This document shows positions 46,158 to 55,574 of a stretch of DNA of 64,000 nucleotides, piece after piece. Each line of letters starts with the position of its first letter. The stretch's first letter is position 1. The position numbers and the translations under genes are program-made. The stretch lies in contig SHVE01000005.1 of assembly GCA_009694365.1 (NCBI GenBank), forward strand, positions 20,175 through 84,174. The letters are read 5' to 3'. Origin of the DNA: Thermoleophilia bacterium (GTDB lineage Bacteria; Actinomycetota; Thermoleophilia; Miltoncostaeales; Miltoncostaeaceae). The notes beneath the pieces were generated by a model. That model had not been told where the DNA came from. It worked only from the letters and a program-made list of their open reading frames with translations, and searched no databases.

Positions 46158-46948
46158 TCGTTACGCGCACGCCGGATGGCCTGCGCGTAACCATGCAGGT
46201 GGCCCATCAGGCCCAGTGCGGTCGTCTCGCCGCGGCCTGGGGAAACGCGGACGTCAGGCGCCCCGAGCCGTGGGATCCGGTCGCGTGCGCGGCCGAATGG
46301 CACGACGAGGGCTGGCGGATGTGGGAGCGGGTACCCGGTGTCACTCCCGGTGGTGCACCACGCGGCTTCTCGGAGATGGGCCATCTGGAACACGTGGCCA
46401 TTCACCGACGGAGCGTGGCGGCGTGCGAGCGGTACGGCGATGCCGTCACGCTGCTCGTGGGCATGCACGGCGCCGGGCTCGTGATGCACCGCATGGGCCT
46501 CGACGGCGAGATGCCAACCTTGTCGGAGCGTCCGGCCGTCGTGCGGTCGCTGTTCACCGACAGCGCCCACGCCATGCGGGCCGCACGCGGTCGCATGGGG
46601 GAGGGGCGTGCGGTCGGCGCATGGGCATGGGCCGCTTACCGCGTGCTCCAGGCGCTCGACCTCCTCAGCCTCTACCTCACGTGGAGGGGTCTCGAGGGCG
46701 GGGAGTCATGGACCCTCAGGCGCGTTCCCCGCCTCGTGGGCGACGAGGCGGGGGTCTCCATCTCCGTGACTCGGTGCGACGACCTCATCTGCACTCTGGA
46801 TCCGTGGCCGTTCACCCTCGATGTGGTGGACGCCCCGGTGGAGTGCTGCGTTATCCCCGACCGCCGTTACGCGAGTGGGGACGACCTGCGGGATGCCCTG
46901 ATGGGTGCCACCCCCCAGGTGATTCCATATCGGATCGTGCGGGTCTAG
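46154..46948 (+). CDS. DUF3891-like protein
   Basis: H(Q/E)xxSG(Q/R)LA-like N-terminal motif (VAHQAQCGRLAAAWG) and WHDEGW, which I associate with DUF3891. ATGA overlap with ppgK. Confidence 0.55.
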   Translation: MIVTRTPDGLRVTMQVAHQAQCGRLAAAWGNADVRRPEPWDPVACAAEWHDEGWRMWERVPGVTPGGAPRGFSEMGHLEHVAIHRRSVAACERYGDAVTLLVGMHGAGLVMHRMGLDGEMPTLSERPAVVRSLFTDSAHAMRAARGRMGEGRAVGAWAWAAYRVLQALDLLSLYLTWRGLEGGESWTLRRVPRLVGDEAGVSISVTRCDDLICTLDPWPFTLDVVDAPVECCVIPDRRYASGDDLRDALMGATPQVIPYRIVRV

Positions 46949-47157
46949 TGCTCGTACTTGAAACTGATGAGCAGGCGCACGCGGTAGCGGTCGATCGTGC
47001 CGTCCTTGATTGTGAGGTCCTGCTTCACCACCTCGGCCACGCGGAGGTCGCGCAGGGTGGCGGAGGCGGTCTCCACGGCAATTAGTGCGGCGTCCTCCCA
47101 CGAGTCGGCGCTGGTGCCCACGATCTCGATGACCTTGTAGACGCTGTCAGTGGACAT
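46945..47157 (-). CDS. Dodecin-family flavin-binding protein
   Basis: 70 aa. VYKVIEIVGTS..SWEDA and the C-terminal YRV..KISFK pattern are typical of dodecins. Its stop codon overlaps the convergent DUF3891 stop (CTAG). Confidence 0.85.
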   Translation of the reverse strand: MSTDSVYKVIEIVGTSADSWEDAALIAVETASATLRDLRVAEVVKQDLTIKDGTIDRYRVRLLISFKYEH

Positions 47158-47196
47158 TGAGTCCCTTCCTCTCGTGTGCCCGCGGCGATCGGCGGC

Positions 47197-48024
47197 TCAC
47201 CAGGATTGTGGCGGGCCGACATCGGTTCCCGCAACCTCTCGGGGGATGCTAATGCTCCCCTCGTCCGTAAGGCGCGTGATGTTCACCCCTGCTCGATCGA
47301 TGAGATCGGGTCCGGCGGCGAGAATGACACGACCGCGAGCGGCGTCTCCGATCAGTGCCCAGGAATCTCCCGGGCCCTCGAGGCACCGGTGCGCGAGCAT
47401 GGCAAGGGCAACCGCGTCGATGGCGGCGGCCTCGTCGAGCGCGGCCAGATCGCCCTCGCGCCGGGCCACGGGCCACGCAGTGAGATCGGCGGCATCGGCC
47501 AAGATGGCGCGGGCGGGGGCGAGGCCGTCGTGTTTCGCACGACCGCCGCGCGGTCGGAACGCCGGTGGGCGTACGGCCAGCCACGCCGCGCGGTAGGTGG
47601 CCAGCCCGAGCGGTGTGCTCCCGAGGGGGTGATCCGTCTCCCACATCAGCTGCCGCAGCACCTGATCCGGTAGGGCCTCGGCCATCACATGCCCGAGGCC
47701 GGCAAGCAGTGTGACGAGGTCAATCCCACGTGCGCCGCCGTACACGGTTTCCATGCGGGGTCCAGACACCGGAAACGCGGGAATGTCGAGCCACGCGAGC
47801 ACGTGCTCGGCATCGCGTTGGCCACGCACAGTGGGAACGACGAGCGGAGCATCCACGAGGATGAGGGCCGGGTCCGACCCGATGGCGGAACGAATCTGAT
47901 CATCGGTCGCGCACATGTGTACGCCGAGCAGGGCTCCATCCGGACCGATCGCGGCGACTGCTGAGCGTCCTGGTGCTTGGTCGCGCCGTCGGTCCTGCAC
48001 GAGGTGGATTCCGAGCGCTTGCAT
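47197..48024 (-). CDS. DUF429-like (predicted RNase H-fold) protein
   Basis: The LILVDAPLVVP...R..DAE motif resembles the DUF429 core. Start set at the ATG at 48024. This is a family call from memory only. Confidence 0.4.
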   Translation of the reverse strand: MQALGIHLVQDRRRDQAPGRSAVAAIGPDGALLGVHMCATDDQIRSAIGSDPALILVDAPLVVPTVRGQRDAEHVLAWLDIPAFPVSGPRMETVYGGARGIDLVTLLAGLGHVMAEALPDQVLRQLMWETDHPLGSTPLGLATYRAAWLAVRPPAFRPRGGRAKHDGLAPARAILADAADLTAWPVARREGDLAALDEAAAIDAVALAMLAHRCLEGPGDSWALIGDAARGRVILAAGPDLIDRAGVNITRLTDEGSISIPREVAGTDVGPPQSW

Positions 48025-48109
48025 AGCGCGAGGGTAGTGATGGCTCACTGGTAAGCACGATTTCATGCCTCTCCGCTAGCCTTTCGCGCGGGAAACGTCC
48101 ACCTCTCAG

Positions 48110-48412
48110 GTGGCACTCCTCGATTCGGTTGGAGCCATGAGTTCGATACTTCTCCTCGTCATCGCGATCGTCGCCCCGTGGGTGGTGCACCTCGTGTCGC
48201 CGCGCCAGCGTCTTGTGGCGGTCGTGGCCGCGGTCGCAGTGCTCCTTCTGTACGGAGTCTTCACCGGGAATCCGCTCGTCATGTGGCAGTTGTGGGTCGG
48301 CGTCATCATCGGCATCGGCAGCGTTGTGCTCTGGCTCAACATGGCATCGGGTACGCGTTCTCGTCGCCGTTGGGAGGACGAGGAAGAGGCGGAGCCCACC
48401 GGAGAGTTGTAG
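48110..48412 (+). CDS. Small integral membrane protein (three predicted TM helices) with an acidic C-terminus
   Basis: Strongly hydrophobic segments followed by RSRRRWEDEEEAEP. Confidence 0.5.
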   Translation: MALLDSVGAMSSILLLVIAIVAPWVVHLVSPRQRLVAVVAAVAVLLLYGVFTGNPLVMWQLWVGVIIGIGSVVLWLNMASGTRSRRRWEDEEEAEPTGEL

Positions 48413-48678
48413 CTCTCCACCACCGGGGGCAGATGGGGGGAACGTCGTCGTGGCGTGGTGGGGGATGAGAGAGTGTGGTCGGACGACCGCTATCTCGCGG
48501 GAGTGATCTGTACCGGCCCGGTCGTGGCACCCGGAGGGTGCGACGAGCGTAGGGGTGGCGGACCGTCGGTCGGGTGTGCCCCAAGGGGATCGCTGACCGG
48601 ACCGCAGCCCACTGCGTACCCGATGCCTCTGTTATGGCCCTAACGACCACCGACGATGCGGTGGTAGCCGTCAATCGA

Positions 48679-50088
48679 TCAGGCGTTTGGCTCGACGTTC
48701 TCAAGGATCAGCTGGTCAGCGCGCTTCTGATCGGCGAGGAGCAGGAAGCCCTTCTTCAGATTGGCGACGCCGTGTGCCTTCTGGCCGATCGCGATGAACG
48801 CGATGCCGAGGGCGATCGGTCCGTCCTCGTACTTCGGGTCGAGGGCGGTGGCCTGAGTGGCTGCCGTGATCGCGAGGTCGTACTGCGCGGTTGCGATCAA
48901 GGCGTAGGCGAGGAAGGCCTGGGCGATGGCGCTCCCCGGGTCCATGGCCACCGCGGCTTGGAAGACCGGGACGGCCTCGGCCGTGCGGTCGAGGCGGGAT
49001 AGCACGAGGCCCCGGCCCAGTAACGCCGGCGCGAGGGTCGGGTCGGTCGTGGTGGCGCGTGTGTAGGCCGCGAGCGCACCCGGGAGGTCAGCCTTCGCGA
49101 GCAGGATCTCGCCCTGCACCATCTGGCCGACAGCGGTCTTCGCACGAGCCGGGGGCCACGCGTCGAACTGTGTCTGCGCCTGGTCGGGGTCACCGGCATC
49201 AAGGCGGTCGCGCGTGCTGGCGACGAGATAGCCGAGGGTCATCGGGTTCCGCGTGATGAGAACCCGGAAAACTTTCGCGTAGTCGGGCGTGGGGTTCCAG
49301 TCGGCGGGGACCACGATGGTGCCGCTGCGTACCTCTGCGCCACGTCGGTATGCCACGGTCACCGGAGTGTCGGCGGGGAGTGCTTTGAGGGCGGCCACCC
49401 ACTGACCAAGGGACGTCACGTCGAGACCGTTCAGCGCGGTGATGACGTCACCACGGCGAAGACCGGCGGTCACCAGCGCGCCCTTGGGGGCGAGTGCCGT
49501 AACGAGTTGGCCACCCGGCGCGATCATGAGCTGCCGCGCGATGGCGGGCAGATTGGGCACGGTGTAGCCGTCCAGGCGCCCACGGGGTGGGGTGAGGGTG
49601 AGGGTGAACGCGCCCTTCAGGTCCGTCGGGGTGCGACCCTTGCGATCCTTGGCACTCACAACGACCGTGTACTTGCCGGTGGGCAACTGGTATCCGTCCT
49701 CGTTCACGGCCTGGACCAAGAACCAGATGGGACCCTGCGGATGGTGTGCGGTGCTCCGGACGGTGCGGACGACGCTCTTGGTCTTCACCGAGGTGATCTT
49801 CACCGTCACGGTGACCGGCGTTTTCGACTTGAGGCCCACCATGAAGCGGGCGTGGCCCTGCTGCGCGGTGATGGTCGTGCGCAGTCGGAGCGCGGTGATC
49901 TCCGGGGGACCGGTGTTGACGCGCACCGTCGGGGTGGGAGCCGTGGGGGTCCCGGGGGCGGGTCCGGTCGTCGTCTGCCCGATCGCCCACGTGGGCAGGG
50001 TCAACGAAACAGCAGCGAGAAAGAGAGCCATGAGGGCCGATCGGCGCACGTAAATGACCTTACCACCCTTGCTAGCCTCGCCACCCAT
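48679..50088 (-). CDS. Secreted multidomain protein: Ig-like (FlgD-Ig-like) domain + PDZ + TPR repeats
   Basis: Signal-like RRSALMALFLAAVSLTLPTWA. GKYTVVVSAKD beta-sandwich segment. PDZ GLRRGDVITALNG. C-terminal TPR-like helices. The start is 50088 or 50031. Confidence 0.7.
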   Translation of the reverse strand: MGGEASKGGKVIYVRRSALMALFLAAVSLTLPTWAIGQTTTGPAPGTPTAPTPTVRVNTGPPEITALRLRTTITAQQGHARFMVGLKSKTPVTVTVKITSVKTKSVVRTVRSTAHHPQGPIWFLVQAVNEDGYQLPTGKYTVVVSAKDRKGRTPTDLKGAFTLTLTPPRGRLDGYTVPNLPAIARQLMIAPGGQLVTALAPKGALVTAGLRRGDVITALNGLDVTSLGQWVAALKALPADTPVTVAYRRGAEVRSGTIVVPADWNPTPDYAKVFRVLITRNPMTLGYLVASTRDRLDAGDPDQAQTQFDAWPPARAKTAVGQMVQGEILLAKADLPGALAAYTRATTTDPTLAPALLGRGLVLSRLDRTAEAVPVFQAAVAMDPGSAIAQAFLAYALIATAQYDLAITAATQATALDPKYEDGPIALGIAFIAIGQKAHGVANLKKGFLLLADQKRADQLILENVEPNA

Positions 50089-51346
50089 GTGGGGTCCACG
50101 ACCAACGCTTGAGGTACTCGAGCGCACGCGGAGAGGTGAGGCGGTGACGCCGGATGACGTCACCGCCCTGATGGGGGCGTGGGCCACGGGAGCCGCGTCC
50201 GATGCTCAGATGGCGGCGTGGTGCGCGACGGCGGGGGTGCGGGGCGTTCCGTACGAGGCTTCCCTCGCGGTGCTGCGGGCCCTTCTCGGCAGTGGTGACC
50301 GACTGGAACTTACGGTGCTGGGGAATACGGCGGACATTCGGTCCACCGGGGGCGTGGGCGATTCGGCCCTCATCATCGCCGCGTCGGTGGCGGCGGCGGC
50401 ACTGGGCGTGCGCATCGCATCCACCGGTGCGAGGTCCATCGCGCACGTCGGGGGGGTGCTCGACGCGTTGGACGCCATTCCGGGCATGCGCACCCGCGTA
50501 TCGGTCGAGGAGTACGTGGTACAGGCGCGGGAGGTGGGGATGGTCATCGCCGACCCAGGCGAGCGCCTCGTGCCAGATGAGCGCCGACTGGCCGATCTGC
50601 GGGACGCCACGGCGACTGCGGAGGGAGATGCGTTCGTGACGGTCGCCGCCGTCGCACGCGGAATCAGCGGGGGTTCTGGTCTTATTGTTCTGGAGATCCC
50701 CGCGGGCCGAGGAGGGTTGCTCCCCGACATCGATCACGCCCGGGGGGCGTGCGATCTGGCGGTGCGCCTCGGGACGGAGTGGGGCCGCACGCTTGTGGCC
50801 ACACCGTGTCTGCGGGACGCACCGCTCGCGGGTGTGGCGGGTCACGCCCTCGAGGTCCGGGCGGCGCTCGATCTGGTCGCAGGAGAGGGCGATCCCGATC
50901 TGCGGACCCGCGTGGTGGAGGTTGCGCGGATGGTGGCCGAGACGGTGGGGCTCGATGGCGCCGACGCGGCGGTGGTACTCACGGATGGTCGTGCCGCCGC
51001 GGTGGCCGAACGCTGGATTACCGCTCAGGGGGGCGACCCGCGAGTCGTCGGCAATCGCGGTCACATCCCCGTGGCCGGGATCCGACGCGAGGTGGGGGCG
51101 GCCCGTCCCGGCCGCGTGGAGTCGGTCGCGGCGGGTCAGGTGGGGGCGGCCGCCCGGTGGTTGGGCGCCGGCCGCCTCGATCCGGGACAGGTCATCGACT
51201 CCGCGGTGGGAGTGGAGGTGGTGGCGGGGTCCGGCGTGCGGATTAGCGAGGGGGACGTGCTGGCAATTGTCCACGCGTCGGACGACTGGCTCGCCGGGCG
51301 GGCGGTGGACATGCTTCAGTCGGCGTTCACCATCGGGCCGGACTGA
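50087..51346 (+). CDS. deoA: Thymidine / pyrimidine-nucleoside phosphorylase
   Basis: DAQMAAW, STGGVGD and AIPG motifs. The start is ambiguous: 50054 or 50087. Confidence 0.85.
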   Translation: MWGPRPTLEVLERTRRGEAVTPDDVTALMGAWATGAASDAQMAAWCATAGVRGVPYEASLAVLRALLGSGDRLELTVLGNTADIRSTGGVGDSALIIAASVAAAALGVRIASTGARSIAHVGGVLDALDAIPGMRTRVSVEEYVVQAREVGMVIADPGERLVPDERRLADLRDATATAEGDAFVTVAAVARGISGGSGLIVLEIPAGRGGLLPDIDHARGACDLAVRLGTEWGRTLVATPCLRDAPLAGVAGHALEVRAALDLVAGEGDPDLRTRVVEVARMVAETVGLDGADAAVVLTDGRAAAVAERWITAQGGDPRVVGNRGHIPVAGIRREVGAARPGRVESVAAGQVGAAARWLGAGRLDPGQVIDSAVGVEVVAGSGVRISEGDVLAIVHASDDWLAGRAVDMLQSAFTIGPD

Positions 51347-52191
51347 TGCCCGAACTTCCCGAGGTCGAGACCATCCGCCGCCAGTTGTCGGACCACGTGG
51401 TGGGCGGCACCATCACCGGGGTCCGGGTGTACGACCCATCGCTGGTCGCTCCGCTGGGGGTGGACGAGTTCGAACGACGTCTGTCCGGACGGACGGTCGA
51501 GTCCGTCGGCCGCGTGGGTAAGTACCTCCTGGTAGAACTGGACGGCGGGGAGGCCCTCACCCTGCACCTGAGGATGACCGGCCAGCTGCTCTGGACGCCC
51601 GCACCACCCGATGCACCGATCCCGTACGCCCGGGCCACCATGTGGCTGGACGGGGGATCGGTGATCACGTTCGCCGATCCCCGCCGGTTCGGTCGGGCCG
51701 GAATCCTGCCTGCCGGCCCGGCCCGAGCGGTTGCGTGGGCGGGCCGCACGGGCGTGGATGCTCTGTCACCCACGTTCACGGCGCAGTCGTTCGGCCGGTC
51801 GCTCACGGGGCGGCGCGCGGGAATCAAGGGTCTCATCCTCGATCAGCGTCTACTCGCCGGGGTCGGCAATATCTATGCCGACGAGGCGTTGTTCCGCGCC
51901 CGGATCCACCCCGAACGGCCGGGAGGGACTCTGTCCCCTGAGGAGGTCCCTCGGCTTCACCGCGCCATTCGTAACCGTTTGCGGGTGGGGATCTCGGTGG
52001 GAGGTACGTCGTTCGACCGGTACCGTGACGCACACGGTGAACGTGGGGGCATGCAGGATCTGCTCCTCGTCCATCGGCGGGAGGGCGAGCCCTGTCCGCG
52101 ATGTCGCACCACGATCGAAAAGGGCGTGGTGGCGCAGAGGGGCACGTACTGGTGCCCCCGGTGCCAGCCGACGGGGAGGGACGCATGCTGA
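51346..52191 (+). CDS. mutM: Formamidopyrimidine-DNA glycosylase
   Basis: MPELPEVE N-terminus and a C-terminal zinc finger CPRC...CPRC. The start overlaps the deoA stop (TGATG). Confidence 0.92.
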   Translation: MPELPEVETIRRQLSDHVVGGTITGVRVYDPSLVAPLGVDEFERRLSGRTVESVGRVGKYLLVELDGGEALTLHLRMTGQLLWTPAPPDAPIPYARATMWLDGGSVITFADPRRFGRAGILPAGPARAVAWAGRTGVDALSPTFTAQSFGRSLTGRRAGIKGLILDQRLLAGVGNIYADEALFRARIHPERPGGTLSPEEVPRLHRAIRNRLRVGISVGGTSFDRYRDAHGERGGMQDLLLVHRREGEPCPRCRTTIEKGVVAQRGTYWCPRCQPTGRDAC

Positions 52192-53144
52192 CCGATGTCG
52201 CAGGGATCCGGGTGGGCCACATGACCGATGCCGATGCCGGCACGGGCTGCACGGCAATAATCCTTCCTCCCGGAACCGTGGGGGGAGTAGATGTGCGCGG
52301 CGGCGGACCGGCCAGCCGTGAGACCGAGGTGCTCCGGCCGGTGGCCACCGTGCCCGTCGTGTCGGCCATTCTCCTCACCGGTGGCAGCGCGTTCGGACTC
52401 GGGGCGGCCGATGGGGTCATGGAGTGGTGCGAGTCGCACCGGCACGGCGTGGACACCGGCGTGGCCATTGTCCCCATCGTCCCCGCCGCCGCCATTTTCG
52501 ATCTCGGCGTCACCGGCAACGCCCGCCGACCCGGGCCGGCGGACGGTCGTGCCGCCGCCGAGGCCGCGACGACAGGTCCGCACGCCGTGGGCAGTGTGGG
52601 AGCGGGCACCGGCGCGACGGTGGGCAAGTGCCACGGTCGTGACCACTGGTGCAAGGGCGGCCTCGGCGCGGCGACCATTCGTCTGCGGGGCGGGGCCACG
52701 GTGTCGGCGCTCGTGGTCGTCAACGCGTTCGGCGACGTCATCGGCGAGGACGGCGAGGTCATCGCGGGGGCCTGGGAGGAGGGACGGGGGTTCATCGACG
52801 CCCGCTGCGCTCTCATCGACGGCGAGCCCCGGCACCACCGTCTCACAGAGATGGGGAACACAACGCTCGTGGTCGTTGCGACGGATGCCCGTCTCGACAA
52901 GGCCGGTGCCACGATCGTCGCCCGGCAGGCGCACACTGGACTGGCCCGGGCCATCGCCCCTTACGCCACGGCCCTCGACGGGGACATCGCGTTCGCGGTA
53001 GCCACCGGCGAGAGGGATGCCAACTCCATCATCCTGGGGATCGCAGCCGCCGAGGTGGCCGCCCGCGCGGTCCGGAACGCCGTGCGCGAGGCCACGGCGG
53101 TGCGCGGGGTCCCGACGGCTGCCGACCGTCTCGCGCGGGGGTAG
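52185..53144 (+). CDS. P1/S58-family (DmpA-like) aminopeptidase
   Basis: LTDVAGIRVGH, LLTGGSAFGL and GTGATVG motifs. ATG at 52185 overlaps the mutM 3' end. Confidence 0.8.
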   Translation: MLTDVAGIRVGHMTDADAGTGCTAIILPPGTVGGVDVRGGGPASRETEVLRPVATVPVVSAILLTGGSAFGLGAADGVMEWCESHRHGVDTGVAIVPIVPAAAIFDLGVTGNARRPGPADGRAAAEAATTGPHAVGSVGAGTGATVGKCHGRDHWCKGGLGAATIRLRGGATVSALVVVNAFGDVIGEDGEVIAGAWEEGRGFIDARCALIDGEPRHHRLTEMGNTTLVVVATDARLDKAGATIVARQAHTGLARAIAPYATALDGDIAFAVATGERDANSIILGIAAAEVAARAVRNAVREATAVRGVPTAADRLARG

Positions 53145-53147
53145 TCG

Positions 53148-53438
53148 CTACCCCAGCAGGGTGGCGAGTTCGCCGCTTCGGTCGAGCGCGGCGAGTTCGG
53201 TCCAGCCGCCGATGGTGGTTCCGTCGATGACAACCTGGGGGAACGTGTAGCCGCCGGTCTCGGCCACGAGGCGGTCACGGGCACCGTGATCCGTGCGCGA
53301 GATCACCACCTCGTGGTACGCGATCCCCCGTTGTGCGAGCAGCGCTTTTGTACGCGAGCAGTACGGGCAGGGATCGGTGGAGTAGATGACGACTGAGTGC
53401 ACGGGGCGCACGGTAGCGGTCCGGTGGGGGTGCGACAC
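53148..53438 (-). CDS. Glutaredoxin
   Basis: VVIYSTDPCPYCSRTKALL (CPYC active site) and TFPQVVIDG. Confidence 0.85.
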   Translation of the reverse strand: MSHPHRTATVRPVHSVVIYSTDPCPYCSRTKALLAQRGIAYHEVVISRTDHGARDRLVAETGGYTFPQVVIDGTTIGGWTELAALDRSGELATLLG

Positions 53439-53445
53439 TGGGGAC

Positions 53446-54186
53446 GTGGGACTAATCGAGACCGAGGCGGTAGTGCTCCGTACCGTGCGCTACGGCGATG
53501 CCGACGTCATTCTCACGCTTCTCACGCCCGGCCTCGGTCAGGTGTCCGCCATCGCGAAGGGCGCACGCAAGCCGACCTCCAAACAGGGCGGGCGGCTGCA
53601 GCCAGGCGTGCGCCTGCACGTGAGTCTCGTCGAGGGCCGAGGGGACCTCACGATCCTCCGGTCATCACAGGTCGTGGACGCCGGGGCGGGAATCTGGATG
53701 GATGGATATCGGTTGCGGGCGGCGGGCTCGGTGCTCGAGGTGGCGCTGCGTGTCGTGCCCGAAGCCGAGGCCGCCGAGGCCGCGTACAACCTTCTGACGC
53801 GGGCCCTCGCCCTCATCAGCACGGCCGCGTCCCGTGACACGCCCCCGTGCATCGATCCCTACGTGCTGGGTATGCAGGCGAAGCTCCTTGCGGTATCCGG
53901 CCTGGTTCCGCAGTTGGCGTCGTGCGCATCGTGTGGGGCCTCCCCACCCCTTGTGGGGTTTTCACCCACAGCGGGTGGGGGTGTGTGCGCTGAGTGCCTC
54001 ATGACCTCGGGCGCCGAGGCACTCGACCCGGCGGCGGCTGACGCCCTGGTCGCGGCGCTTGCGCGGCCCCTCGCAGACGCCCCGACGTGCATCCCCGCGG
54101 ATGCCGCACTCGGCATGGAGCGCCTCGTCGCCCTGATGTTGCGGGAGCACCTCGGGGTCACACTGAAGTCGGGCACGCCGCTCTGA
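53446..54186 (+). CDS. recO: DNA repair protein RecO
   Basis: OB-fold N-terminus (EAVVLRTVRYGDADVILTLLT...G..SAIAKGARK) and a zinc motif CASCG...CAEC. GTG start at 53446. Confidence 0.85.
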   Translation: MGLIETEAVVLRTVRYGDADVILTLLTPGLGQVSAIAKGARKPTSKQGGRLQPGVRLHVSLVEGRGDLTILRSSQVVDAGAGIWMDGYRLRAAGSVLEVALRVVPEAEAAEAAYNLLTRALALISTAASRDTPPCIDPYVLGMQAKLLAVSGLVPQLASCASCGASPPLVGFSPTAGGGVCAECLMTSGAEALDPAAADALVAALARPLADAPTCIPADAALGMERLVALMLREHLGVTLKSGTPL

Positions 54187-54201
54187 TCCCCGACGGGGGG
54201 C

Positions 54202-54561
54202 TTACCACCCCACGCCGATGATCGCGATGGCGACGAGAATTGTGCCTTCCTCGCCGTCGTCACCGATGAGTCCGTTCGGCTGGCGTAGGCCGCCCGGCAC
54301 GGCACGTACGGATACGCGACCGTAGGGAAGGAGCCCCGCCACCACGTCCAGATCCACTTGGTCGGGATCGGGCACGGCGACGGTGACCTCCACGCGCATG
54401 TTGGCCCGGTCGTTGCCGGGGAGCACGTCCGCCATGCGCGGAAAGAGGTTCCGGTGGATGGTCGCCTCCACTGCGCGACACGCCGCCTTGGTGGCGTCGT
54501 CGCCCGTGAGGTCCACGCCCATTCCCGTTTCAAGCAGGAGTGGGAACACGCTGTCGGTCAT
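54202..54561 (-). CDS. Lin0512-family protein of unknown function
   Basis: 119 aa. The N-terminal ETGMGVDLTGDDATKAACRAVEATI matches the GxGxDxHG motif that I recall as the family signature, with T in place of H. The ATGA start overlaps the thiY stop. Confidence 0.6.
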   Translation of the reverse strand: MTDSVFPLLLETGMGVDLTGDDATKAACRAVEATIHRNLFPRMADVLPGNDRANMRVEVTVAVPDPDQVDLDVVAGLLPYGRVSVRAVPGGLRQPNGLIGDDGEEGTILVAIAIIGVGW

Positions 54562-55574
54562 CGGGACTCCTCCGGCAGCAGCGTGGTGTCGATGGCGTCC
54601 GACCCCGCCGACTGGCCCGTGAGAAGACGGTTCGCCCGCATCCAATCGGCAAGGGCGTCCCACTGGCCTGAGTCCATGTGAAGGGGTGTGCTGCCGTCCG
54701 GAATGAGGGCGGAGAGCGTGGCCGCAATCTGATCGGCGAGGGGTCCTGTCGCGATGTCGGGGTTGGCCGCCACGAGCGCGGACCGCGCAGCGCCGGGATC
54801 CGCAACCGCCGTCCGCTGCCCCTGGGCGATGCCCGCGAGCGCCGCGCGCAGCGCGGTGCCTCGTCGCACGATGATGTCCTCCGAGGCCACCAGCACCAGC
54901 TCGTTGTAGCGGGGCACTCCGTAGTCGTCGAGCTTCAGCACCGTGACCGGCACGCCCTTCCTGCGGAGGTCGGGTACCTCGATGTTCCAGTAGGCGCCGA
55001 TGACGGCATCCACCGTGCCCGCGGCAAGCATGGGGGAGAGGCTGTAGCCCACGATTTTCGTCGTGACCTTCGTGGGGTCGCCACCGTCGGCGGTGACCAC
55101 CGTGTCGAGCAGCGCCCGGTCGCTGGGTACGCCAGTGATGCCGACCACCTTGCCCTCGAGGTCCCGGGGGCGTGTGATGCCGCGATCCGTACGGGCGATG
55201 ATCGCGTTGAGGGGTACCTGTGCGATGGCGCCGACCGCTTTCACGGGGATCCCCTTCTGTCGGGCGATCAGCAACTCGGGGGCGTACGTGATGGCGAGGT
55301 CGGCCCGGCCCGCCGCGACCTGCGTGAGTGTGGTCGTGGGATCGCTCGGCACCGACGCCGTGATGTCGGCGCCGGCCGTCATGTCGAGGCCCGCCGCCAT
55401 CGCCACGTAGATGCCGGAGTGGTCGGCGTTGGGGAACCAGTCAAGGACGAGGGATACGTCCTGCGGGGCCACCGTGACGGTGCCGACATCGGCGTCACCA
55501 CCACACCCGGCCACGAGAGCGGGGAGGATTGCCAGCGATGCCAATATGGCGAGAAGTTTCGGGGTGCGAATCAC
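54558..55574 (-). CDS. thiY: ABC substrate-binding lipoprotein, NMT1/THI5-like (ThiY-type pyrimidine-precursor binding protein)
   Basis: Lipobox LVAGCGG. LDWFPNADHSGIYVA NMT1/THI5-type motif. Sits in a TPP-riboswitch operon. GTG start at 55574. Confidence 0.8.
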   Translation of the reverse strand: MIRTPKLLAILASLAILPALVAGCGGDADVGTVTVAPQDVSLVLDWFPNADHSGIYVAMAAGLDMTAGADITASVPSDPTTTLTQVAAGRADLAITYAPELLIARQKGIPVKAVGAIAQVPLNAIIARTDRGITRPRDLEGKVVGITGVPSDRALLDTVVTADGGDPTKVTTKIVGYSLSPMLAAGTVDAVIGAYWNIEVPDLRRKGVPVTVLKLDDYGVPRYNELVLVASEDIIVRRGTALRAALAGIAQGQRTAVADPGAARSALVAANPDIATGPLADQIAATLSALIPDGSTPLHMDSGQWDALADWMRANRLLTGQSAGSDAIDTTLLPEESR

